Source: Raillietiella orientalis
Lineage: Eukaryota
Assembly: GCA_036172245.1 (NCBI GenBank)
Contig: JAYWIR010000033.1
Span: 930,001-994,000, forward strand
Length of the DNA stretch: 64,000 nucleotides
Reading direction: 5' to 3'
Below are positions 51,721 through 62,660 of this stretch, piece after piece (within the stretch, counting starts at the first letter, position 1; each line of letters opens with the position of its first letter). Under the pieces are notes generated by a model, which saw nothing but the letters and a program-made list of their open reading frames with translations, was not told where the DNA came from and ran no database searches. Made by a program: the position numbers and the translations under genes.

Positions 51721-52449
51721 ACTAGGCGAAAGCGTTCGCTCTCCTCCTGTGGTCCTGGCGGGCTGCGACTGTGCGGACGTGCTTTTTGGGTCACCCCCAG
51801 CCTCCCTCCCTCCCGTATGAGAGACTTTGCCCTCGATCTGGATAAGGACAAACGTATCCCCTGATTACGAAGAAACTTTTTTGTTTGTTTGTTTACCCGC
51901 TCGCAGAAGCATCGAATTCCCGGTTCCAGCTAGCGACGCTCCTCGCGCTCAGAGAGCGCCGCAGAACTGCACCTGCCAAATGATGGGAGCTGGAAAGAGA
52001 AGATGCATCTTCCCTGCGTTTCCAAGTAACCGTTGAGTTCGGCTCCTTCGCGGACCCGTTTCGCCTTTTATCCTTCCTTTAGATGGCATGCTGCCGAGCC
52101 GGATATCCGATCAGGATGGAGACCTTGAGGTGCCAGACCGAGAGCCACTTGGCTGCAAGTGACATTCGATCCGGCTGCACGCTGCTGCTGATGCTGTGCT
52201 CAGTAAGCGCGGCTAACTCGATTTTCTCTTGTCTTTTCTCTGGCTGCATCGCGAGAGCTCGCTCCTCTTCGCCTATCGAGAAGTCCACGGACGAACCTCC
52301 ACGGTCCATATTGACGAACCTCTTCGTGCCCGGTCTGCTGCCGTCGCAGCGGCGTCCTCCACTTTCGGGATCCACGGCGCCCTCCTACTGCCGAGGTGAG
52401 AGGTTTCCTGCGAGATCCTGGGCAAAACCCAGGGCGGTTGGACCGCGCT

Positions 52450-53600
52450 CCTCAGCTCGCTGATGCCGCAGAGAAAGTGACCCTCTACCGGAGGACTGGT
52501 TCTCTGGGTGAACTCTTTGGGATCTCGCCGGAAGAGCTGGAGAGGCCCCCCGGTGGTGGTGAAGAACTGGCTCCTCCCCCTCGGTTGGCGGAAGTCGCCG
52601 CTGCTGCTTCTGTGGGCGCTCCCTTTGCAACGCGCGCTGCCATCACTGGATGAGGGGGAGCGGCAGTGTCAACTGCGCCAGGTGCGGGAGGAAGAGACCT
52701 CGCCCCTCCCTCCCTGCCAGTAAAACGTGTTGCCCCCAAAACATCGTGGGAACCTTTCTCCACGTTTCGCCCTCCCTCCTCAGTGGACAACCTTACGGAC
52801 ACAGTAAGGAACCCCTTCGTGTCTGGGCGCCAGCTGCCGCCGCAGCTCCGTCCCGAGGGCCGCCCCTCCTCTGCCGCCGTGGTCGCTGCATCTTGCCGCA
52901 CCCACAGTGTGGCCCGCCACGCGCACCAGAGGAGGGGTGACGGGACGGCTGTCTTCATCCAGAAGGTTCGCAGGTGGCCCCAGGGGCAAGAAAGGAAGCA
53001 GCCGCCGCATAGATCGGGGACACCTCGCGAAGGCTACAGGAGCGGAGCAGCAGACCTGACAACCCCCGTCCCTCTTCCCTACGAGAATTTATTTCTTCAC
53101 CTGCTGCTGCATCCCGCTGTGGCTCCCAATCATTCCTGGAGCTGGCTTGTGAGTCGGAGAGCCCTCCTGGCTGGACGCTACCATTTATATCCTTCTTTCA
53201 GAGGGAGCAGCGTCGTATTCGGTCGGGGTGACTCCTTCTCGAGCCGCCGCTCGGTTCACGGCTCGCTTCCGGCGCATCCCCGCAGCCCAAGGGGGCGCCG
53301 CAAGCTCTCAGACAGCTCGCCAGGACTTTCCCACTCTGTTGCTGGCTCCACCACCAACCTGAGGAAGTCCCTCCCCCATTTCCCCCGGGAACGGCTCAGC
53401 CATCCGGCCTCGCCCTAATTCCTCTTCTTCTTCCTTGCGCGCTCCGCACTCCCGACCTCGTCCGGCTGCCCACTCTTCTGGACGAGTTTCGTCCTTGTCT
53501 TCTTCCCTGATTCATAGGAAACACTGCCCCCTATTTTTCCCCCATCCTCTTTCTTTTTCGACTTAAAAAAGCTACCCGGCGTGACCTTCCATCCCGGCTA
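52450..53600 (+). mobile_element. L1/Tx1-like LINE 3' fragment
   Basis: CNARCHHWMRGSGSVNCARCG matches the family zinc-knuckle region; CCCGGCGTGACC family end motif at 53575. May be a composite of more than one fragment. Confidence 0.6.
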
Positions 53601-53679
53601 GATGGGCCACCTATTTCAAATAGATGAATCCAATTACGTAGTCATGGATCGAACCCGGAGGAACTCGCAGGAACTAGGG

Positions 53680-54275
53680 AGAGGAGCAGAGGGAGAAGAG
53701 AAGAGGATAATAAACAGGTAAATAAACGGGATGGGCCTGCCTCACTGTCTTCCACGTGATTTCCGAGGACCTGAGTTGTGCAGGGAAGGAACCGAACAGC
53801 TCACCAGTTTGTAGCCAGTCTGCCTGCAACCGTTCGAAGGCTCCCTCGTGCTTCCACGCCCCAGTTTGGACCATTCCACAGCACTTCGCCTGCGGAAGGC
53901 AGTGGCGGTCGTCAACGGCTCTCAGAGGTGTCAGCCGTGCTCTCCCACCGTTCTGGCTTCCGCCATCTCTTCTCTCGCGCCTAGCGGAGGATCGCTGGTG
54001 ACGAGGCGACCGGAATTCCTGAGGGCGTGGGCATCTCTCCGAATAGGTCTCCTTGAGCAGCAATCGTGGAACTGAAGTGCCTCAGCGATGCCTGACGCAG
54101 CCTTCCGCGTTTCGGCTGCACATACGGGGAAGTCTCTTCCCTCTGGCAGTAGGGGCATTCCTTGGGTGCTCCCCCGCTGAGGCGTGGTAGCTCCCTCAAG
54201 TGCACCAACTTGATGGTGGCCTTCGGGTACCGGAAACAGAGGACGGAGACGTCGACCAGGAAGCACGGGATCTCG
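53680..54275 (-). mobile_element. Second L1/Tx1-like family, ORF2 C-terminal fragment
   Basis: GAPKECPYCQREETS (C-x2-C...ET) followed by a pyrimidine-rich UTR on the minus strand. Confidence 0.45.
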
Positions 54276-54277
54276 TT

Positions 54278-55400
54278 TTTCACCCGGATTTCGCCGGGGC
54301 GTTTATTGTTTAATAAACATTTACAAAGACGTGCAGTGGCTGGACCATTGCTCCAGCCACGCACGAAGAAACACAGAGCCTGCCGGGTCACCGGTTCGCA
54401 GACCGGTACGGTCCACCACGGCAGCAGGGGGAAGGGGGAAAAACAAAAAAAAAAACAAAACAAAAAAGAAAAGAAAAGTTGGGAGGGTAAGGGAAGGGAT
54501 CACAGTTGCTGGTGGGGCCGTTGCATCCTTTGCAGGATGCCGGCAAGCTCCTTCTGTATTCCTGGATCCAGGTGGGGCCATCGGGACGCCCTCCTCAGGA
54601 ACTGGGAGGCTGGCTGGATGGCACCCTGGTCGCGTTGTCCTCCCGTAGCCTTGCTCCAAGCGGTGACGATCCCGCGTAGGCAGCACAGGGCTGCTAACGA
54701 GGCCGCTGGCCGAAGGGCGTCGGCAACGAAGAGGGCTTTCAATGCGTCCCTGGGGTTGCCGCAGGGGATACCGATGGCCGCGGCATAGCGGAACCAAAGG
54801 GGCCGAAGGGCAACACAATCCACTAGCAGGTGGGGAAGGGACTCCCGTTCCCCACATCTGACGCAATTGGGGTCCACCGCTCCCCAGGTCCAGTGGTGTC
54901 GGCGGGCGTTGCAGGGGAGTCCCCAGTGCTGCAACAGGAATGCCGACTCCTGCCATTTTAAGGGGAGAGTGGAGGTGTTCATCAGTACCGGAGGCCACTT
55001 CAAACGTTCAATGGGAACGTCGAGCAGCGCGCCCCAGCGAAGAAGTCCATGGGGAGGCGTACTCGGGGTGGCAGCGTCAGTCAGCTGACCCGTCTTCCAC
55101 TCTCCTATCTTCTTCTCCTTCCCGGAGATTGTAACTGTAACCTCCCACTTCGCCGCAACATCGCTGTCCAGATCTTCCATCAGGGAGGGCAGCGCAGCAG
55201 CGAGGGGGGTTCTTCCTGCCCACGCTCTCTTCTTTGGATCCTCCAGGATCTCGCGGAGCGAGCACGGGATCTCGTAGACCTCCAGGGGAATTCCCAGAGA
55301 TTGCGTCCAGCTTAGCGGTTCCGGAGTGAACTCATTCGCCAGGTGACTCGTTTTTCCTGTCCGATGGCTTAGCGACCTCGGAGAGACGGCAGGTCATTTT
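54278..55400 (-). mobile_element. L1/Tx1-like LINE 3' fragment, best-preserved copy
   Basis: ORF 54500-55180(-) has an intact zf-RVT-type C-x2-C-x7-H-x4-C motif (CVRCGERESLPHLLVDC), a stop, a T-rich UTR and AATAAA at 54302-54307. Confidence 0.85.
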
Positions 55401-55799
55401 AATCTCGCTGCCGCTTGGGTCGTCACCCACTCAACAGGAGCACCCTCTTCCGCCATATTCCAGAGATGGAGAAACGGACGCAAGGCGTCCTCAGTGGTCA
55501 CACGCTGACATCCGGGGGGAGCGGGTCCCGTCGTGCCCTGGTGGAAATTCCCATTTGAAAGCAGCTGGACCGCGCTTCTACTGCTCGGAAGTCGCCTGAA
55601 GACCCTTCAGGATTCGAAGGCAGACCGCCCCTGATGGAGCGAGCGGTTCCGGCGGCGGCAACGGTGGTTGCGTCTCCTCCAAACTGCAAGCACCGCGCAG
55701 CATTTCGGCCATTCCTAAGGAAACGTTGGGCTATCCCAGGAGGGCGACACATTGGGGAACGGATCTTCCACTTCTTTGAGTTTTCCCCTCACGAACCGC

Positions 55800-57118
55800 T
55801 CGCTGTTCCACGCAGCGAACGTTCCAGAAGGAACTCGCTCTGGCAGAAGGCACGGATCCGGGCGAACGCGTACGCAGGAGCATTGGAGCTTGAATTCCTC
55901 TCCCTAAGAAGCTGGCTCCATCGACTGCTTGAACGCCCGGGTCGATGAAAAAGGAAACGGGAAGCAGCACGCAATAGGTGCCACCTTCGGTGGGTGGTTG
56001 CTTGCCTTGGCCCAGGACCACGCTCGGTTCCCCTGCTTGCCGACGAGCTGCAGTGTCTGGAGACGGGAAAGTGCCTGGAAACACTTGAGACATGGGCGAA
56101 GATCAGCGGCATGAGACTGGATGAAACGCAACGTCTGCGATCTTCCAACCACGGCAGCTGCTCGCTGAAGATGATGGACTGATTGCCTGAAGAAGACCCC
56201 GTGGACCCAGAACACCCTTCCTAATGCGACGCTGTCTACCCTGCTGGATGACAAGGACAGCCACCATCCCGCCAGATGGGAAATGAACTGCGAGTTGTCA
56301 GGAAAAAAAGTCCCCAATTGGGATGCTAGACGGTGCGTGCACCCTCGCTGTCCTCTTCAAAGGCGCTGAAGCGGACGAATTCCCTCGGAATCCTGTCAGA
56401 GGAAGCGGAACCCCCCCTGCGGTTCTTGGACAGCTCCCTCCTTCCCCTGGAGGGGCGGAACTCAGCGTTGCGACTGCTACCAGGCCATCCCATGCAACGC
56501 GCGCCTTCACCACTGGACCAGGGGACGTGTAGTCCCAGAGTGGAATGGAAACCCTGCCTCATCTGCTTTTGGAGTGTGCTGCCCTCCGGTGTGTGTGTGA
56601 GAGGGGACGTTTGATCACGTCCCTGAACTACCCAGAAGACCACCCGAGGGCCTTTTTCGTACTCCCCTTCACGCCTTCCGCGACGACCGCAGCTTCGTGT
56701 TGAGTCCGCGGGACTGTGGCGGCTGGAAGCCCCGATGACAGAGACCGAAACAGCAGAGAGGCCATCATCTCCTTCGCCATCTCGTTCTTCAGGGTCGCGG
56801 TGAGATGGCCGCACTTGATGGGCACAACCAGGAGGAACTTGCTGGCACCCTTAGGAAGACGCAGATGCCATCCTTACCCTCACCTCCCCCATGCATTTTA
56901 ATCCATCCCCTTTTCGTTTCCCATTTCTCTGTTTTCTCTTTGTCCTCCGTCCCCTCACCTACACGGACCCTTTCTGGAGACTACTCCTGTCACAGGACTC
57001 CTCCGGAACACGCGGAAGCGGTGGCCTTGCACTGCCACTGCGGAAATTCCGAACGGCCAATTGGCAAAATTCCTGTTTTCTACAAGAAACACCCCGGCGT
57101 GACCGGACCGGGTCAACT
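55800..57118 (+). mobile_element. L1/Tx1-like LINE fragment (RT motifs, zinc-knuckle region, 3'UTR)
   Basis: LLADE...LETWAKISGMRLDETQ resembles YADD...SGxxLNxxK; also PCNARLHHWTRG and VRWPHL; family end motif at 57092-57116. Confidence 0.7.
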
Positions 57119-57554
57119 GAGAAGCTAATCTTCCTCCTTGGAAGATGCAGACTCCTTCTCTCAGGCGAGGAGCCAACAGCCCACCTGGGTAAGCGGTGTG
57201 GAGGCGCTGGAGGCAACCTCCACGCGTGCACCCAACAGAGTGAACCGCCAACGCTCATGACGCGAAGACGCGCGCACGCCTCCCTGTGACCCTCCACTGC
57301 TGGCTCCGCGAGCCACCTAACCGGGCGACCGGACAACCGGAGGCGAGCAGGGAACTCCTCACGAAGGAACACAGCGAAGAGCGCTGCGGCTCCCTTGGAA
57401 TCCCGACCGACGGGGATTTGCCAGCGCACCGAGCAGCCTGCGAAGTCTGGACTGCGGTTGCGAAGCGACGTGCAGTCCAGACTTCGCCCGTCAGTTTGGC
57501 GCCGATCCTCCGACTGGGGGACGGGCGGTCCCTGCTGGCACGGATGAGTTCATG

Positions 57555-57990
57555 TCTTGACACTCGGTCACGCCGGAGCATTTATTTACAAAAAAAAATA
57601 AACACACAGGTCAGTGACAGGACGTTTGATCCTGCCACGTTACTTATCAATACGAGCAAGAACCTTCCGGGGACTGGTACGCAGACCGACGAGGTTCGCC
57701 TCGGCAGCGCAGAGGAGGAGGAAGAACACAAAAGAAAAATGAAACAAAAAAAATATTTAAAAAAAAATGGGAGGGTTCGGGAAGGGATCACCTGATGCTG
57801 GAGGGAGTCCTCTGCATCCTTGTAAGGATGCCAGCAATCTCTGTTTCAAGACTCCCAGATGGTGCCATCTTGACGTTATCCTCATGAAGAGGACAGCAAA
57901 GTAAATGGTGTCCCTGTCGTCCTGGTCTCTTCTGGAGTTGCTCCATGCAGCCACGGTTTCGCCGCGTGGGCAGTAGAGCCATCCCGTTGC
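57555..57990 (-). mobile_element. L1/Tx1-like LINE 3' end
   Basis: ITSRWHHL and EIAGILTRMQRTPSS match the family C-terminus; T-rich UTR; AATAAA at 57581-57586. Confidence 0.75.
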
Positions 57991-58769
57991 CCGGGGCTAC
58001 GCGGTCGAGATTCTGCGGTCTCGGCAGAAGAGGGGAAGGGAATTGTTTCGTTGAGATTCCTCGTGCGAATCCGGAAGGCGTCCTTGCTCCGCGCGAGGCG
58101 GCTGCGTGGCGGCGCGCGGTCCCCTCGTCCTCCGCTCTCGGGCGGGCAAATCTCGTTCAGAGCGACGGCCCGACCGTCGTTCCAGGCGCACGCGCTACCT
58201 CCTCCAGCTGCGCCCCTGCAGCAGCTGGGACACGGGCGAACGAAGAGACGAAGGTACTTCGCACGCTGTGATTGGAGGAAGCGTCTCGGGCCACCGCCTC
58301 CAGGAGGAGTGTTCCTGCGGGTCGCTCCCGGGTCGCACCGTGCGCCGCCGTCAATACAGAGGCAGACGGCGAAACGCGAGCGTTCCGCTCGCGCGTGCGA
58401 AAGCTGACGCTCGACGCATGCGTCACGGGCAGACGCCGTGCACTTTGCGGCTTTCGCTCCACCTGCGCGTCCGTCGATCGTGCGGCTCGTACGCTCGACG
58501 GTCTTTTCCTGTTCCCCAGCTGCCCCATCGTATGGGGCGTCCCCTACTTTTCTCCTCCAAGGTGGCTGCGTACTTGCCACTGGCGCCACTGAGAGGAGGA
58601 GTGTCTCTCTCGACCTGGAGTGATCCTCGCGACCCAAACGAGGAGGGTGTCCGATGTTTTCCATGAACCTCGTTCACCGGGAAAACGTGACGTCACACCG
58701 GCGTGACTCTACTCAAGAGACCCAGTGAAACAGCGGCGTGAGCAAGGGAACGACGGTCAAAGGTGCCCA

Positions 58770-59400
58770 CAGATTATCTAACGCGTAAGGAGAGTAAGAA
58801 GATCACAGCGCAAGCGGCGTTTCCGGCAGTGCTGACCGAAGAAAGCACCAGATCCTCAGCACGAGGGGTCTGAGCCGTACTCAGCACCCCGTCGAGGCAC
58901 ACGTGCCTGAGAGCAACCAGCTGCTGCCTTTTGCTGCTCGCTTTTCTCCTGCCGCCGCTTCTCTTCCATTCTTCTTCAGTGCCTTCTGGCAACCCTGCTT
59001 CATTGCTGCTGCTATCGCAACCAGAACTGGAGATCTGTGCTCCCGACTTCGCTCGTGAGAACTCGTACTGGAAGACCCCTCGATATCGCGGCACACTCCC
59101 GGTTGTCCTGTTCATCGTCACAACCAGCCCAGTAATCAGAATCCCGAGTGTCCGCGGCTTTCGCAGGCTAGTCACACCCCGAAATGGGTGGCTGGTTGCT
59201 GCAATAAAAGGTAACAGTCCTGAGAACGTGTCAGGCAGCAAAGGGTCCCTTGAATCGATCACGCGATCGCTTGCAGCTGCGCTTTAAGTACTTCGACAGG
59301 AAACCGGGAACAAATAAACCGGGCCATCTAGCGGACAGACCACAAAGCGGAGCGGTGTTGCTATACAGAAAGGTGCAACGCTCCATCCACGGTGTCCGAA
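58770..59400 (-). mobile_element. Non-LTR RT remnant (RTE/CR1-like)
   Basis: ORF 58774-59262(-): HPFRGVTS (QxGFR), RGVFQYEFSR (KAFD region), RAEDLVL (YADDLVL); eroded. Confidence 0.4.
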
Positions 59401-59689
59401 GAGGGAAAAAGGAAAATCACGACCATTGCATCTCGCCGGTCCGCTACCAAACGCTCGACATCACGGATGGCAGGGCGTGTGACCAGCGAACACGGCGGAT
59501 GCGAAACGGTGCAAGCGTCCGCGGCGAGCATCCCGGTCGCCGGAGGGTGGCTGGCTGGAATCCTGAGGGTTCGCGCTTCCCCCGCTCGCTCATGCGGCGG
59601 CACTTTCTTGCACTCTGCGGACGGGAATCGCCTCGTTCCTCTGCCCGAATCGTGTCGCGTCCGAGCATGCGAGAGGGCACTTTCTCATC

Positions 59690-59900
59690 CCGTCCATCCG
59701 TCCCGGAACGACATCCAGTATGCTCGAACTCTTCCACTTGCGATGCGTGCACAGATGGCACGCGAGTTCCTCGCCTATCCCTCGCACGGACTCATCCCCT
59801 GCATTCGAAGGTGTGTCGAGAGAGCATCAGTTCTCGCCAAGAATTTCATCTTCTCGTGCTTGCATCCCAGCATCCGTCGAAGGACGGGAGGGAGGAAGGC
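59690..59900 (+). mobile_element. hAT transposase C-terminal dimerisation domain remnant
   Basis: AQMAREFLAYPS...CVERASVLA resembles LAxxARxxLxIPASSxxxERxFS. Confidence 0.4.
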
Positions 59901-60950
59901 ATAGAGAGGCAACGGTCTGCGGCAGTGCGTTCCCAGGGGCACACGTCGGGAAGGTGGGCCACTCGACCAACACAACGGAGCAACGCCTACTCGGAAAGCT
60001 TTCTGACCGTCTCCAGGTGAAGATGAGGTGCCAAGCAGAGCAAGTTGCGCAAACGACAGTTACCGTGTTCAGTATCCGCGCTTGCGGAGAAAATCGGGAA
60101 CCGTATGAACGGAGGAATCGTGCGACTCACGTCGTCGAGGCAGCCAGCATCCTTCGCTCCGAGTTTCCGCCGCCGTGCTGGCGCTCATTCCTCGCTTCTC
60201 CTGCCTGCCTTCAACATCTGGTAGAAGGGGCACACTTCCCGTCTTCCCTCCCATCTTTTGCACATGGGCACCCTGGCAAGGGTTGGCCTTCTGTGTGAAG
60301 TGCCGGCCTGCCAAAAGGACAGGTTGCAGTGGTTGGGATTGCTTTTCTCCATTCCTCTCTGCAACCGCGAATCGAAATCTCCTTTCCCCCTCTTCAGTTG
60401 CCAGGCAACCTCGGCCTTCTTGCGGTTGAGTAAGTGATTCGTTGGCGGGGCTGGCAATGGCTTGGGCGGGTGCAGTGCCCATGGACGGGTCGGCTGACGT
60501 CCGGCGCCCGTCTACTCTGTGGAGGCCCGGCCGCTTCCGACGAGAATCTTCGCCCGCGCGTGATGCGTCCGTGTTGGAGGAGATGCGGATCTCTGGTGCA
60601 AAGTAGGCGAGAAGATGGGTGCAGTGCCAGCACGGGCCGCGGCTCCTGAGTTCGCGAATCGTGCGAATCGCCTGCTGCTTGGTGTTGACCGAGGAAACGA
60701 GCGCATAGGGTGCAGGGTTACCACTCGTTCGGAAGTGCATTACGCGAATGCAGCTATGCGATCCGCTTTCGTAAGTGGGCGAGAGACCGTGCAGGCTGCG
60801 ACGCAATCCCTTTTTTGTGGACTGGTGAATAGAGGGTGAAATCGAGCCGAAGGGGTGTTTCAGAACCGAATTGGCAAAGATTGGGGGAACGGCGGAGTCT
60901 GCGTGGCGCAGCTCGACGCGGCGTGAAGTGCATTCGCAGAGTGATCAGCG

Positions 60951-62660
60951 ATGGCAATGACGAAAAGTGTTCTCAGCAGGAGTGTGTTGTGTGCACGTTT
61001 GCTCGCGCAGCAAAACAGTGAGTTGTGGCCATGTGGAGGGTGCGGTGTTTTGGGTGCTCTTGCTCTTGGGTGTTTGTGAAACTGCTGGCCAGGATGGACC
61101 TTGGTTTCCATGAGTTCCGACGCGCGTAGGATCGTTGAGGGATGGAACGGCATGAATTCCCGCTGCAATCCTGCTTCCCAGGACCCAGGCTGAATCGCGG
61201 AAGAGTTTTCTCGTTTTCCATGAGATGAATCGGTAGTTTGGAGGGCAAATGTGGCTGTAATGGAAGGGTTGCACGATTGATGACAGCGCAGCGCACTTTG
61301 GTTTCCGGGTTAGCAAACAGGTGGTGAAACAGTGCAACTGGAGTTCGAAGGGCTCGAAAAAGGCTTGTTCGGGATTTGGATTGCAATGTGATGATTTCCA
61401 GTGGAATGGTGTGTGAAGCTTTCCAACCTGTAGCCAAATGAACAGAGGTAGCCTGCATGGCTATGGAATGCCTTTTGCTTGTTTCCTCTTGCAGAGGTGT
61501 CTTTGTAGGATTTGTATCTCTCTTTGTTTTGTTGCATGTGATCCGTTGGAGCTGTCCTTGAAGGATGCGTACTCGTTGTGGTCACATGAAGGTGGTAGTC
61601 TGTTTTGGTTGCAGCACTGAATCTCATGTAAGCATGCTGTTTGCATGTGTTGGCTGATGGAACAGTTTTCATTGGGAGAGGTTGACTGAGAAGAAAGCAG
61701 CAGAACAGAATTCGAGAGTCAATTTTTTGTTGAGAGAGGTAAAAGGTTGAGAAGAAGAAACAGTATGAACTTGACAGGGAATGTGTTGAAATCCTCCATG
61801 CATTCCATGAAGCACAGATTAGGTTTATGGTTCAACTTGGATGTCATGAATAAGCACCTGAGGTTGAACACCTCAGACATATTCATATGCAGTAAGTCAA
61901 TAAAGATGAAGATGTACATGAGATCAGGATATTTGCCAAGTTTGCCACATATGTTTTTATAGATTGGACTGAATTACTGAATTTCTCTGTAAGAAGGCAG
62001 CAAATGTTGAAAGCTAATTGATAGGATATTTTTGATGGTCCCATGTGGTAGCAGGATGATGATTGGAATTGTGAAATCGAAAGAACATGATGTAGTTTGA
62101 AGGGTGCTCTCTGTTTGGTTGAAATGATTTGTTTTTCATGTTTTCCTGTTGACATGATTTTCATGTAATTGCTGGGGGGTGATGACCATTGCTGTTTCTT
62201 GGACTCATTAGCTTTCTGGTGGAATTGTACAATGCTTTGGAGTGTATGGAAACCTTGAAATTGGTTTCCCTTGTAGTGTTGAACATCTGGAATAGATGAT
62301 GCATGAGTGTTCATTTGTTTGCCCTGGTTTCTTATGATGATCCGTTATTCAGAAATTGGCATCATTTCCCAAGTCCAGTTGGCTGGGTATCATGCAGAGG
62401 ATGATGAGATGAAGTTCCCAACATATGATGATTTGCCCATTCCATCAGGATCTTGGAAGGAGCACTATGAAGCGAGACAGAAAACTAATAACTTAATGCT
62501 GGCTGGAGGAGCGAGTTTCTTCACATTCACCCTGTTAATGGTAAGTGGAGCAGAATCTCTGTCAGCTGTGCATGCTTTGTTGCAGTTTTTGTTTTCAGGA
62601 ATCATGGATTTTGACTACTTGTTCTATCCCATAGATCCAGATGATCACTTTGAGACTTGA
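60951..62660 (+). CDS. Deltamethrin-resistance prag01-domain protein / COX7B-like mitochondrial protein (Drosophila CG7630-like)
   Basis: Exons 60951-61017 (MAMTKSVLSRSVLCARLLAQQN, basic and acid-free like a mitochondrial presequence), 62353-62540 (PTYDDLPIPSGSWKEHYEARQKTNNLML plus a TM segment) and 62586-62660 (FLFSGIMDFDY...*); GT-AG and phase-compatible. PTxxDLPxPxGxWxE is the family motif. Confidence 0.82.
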
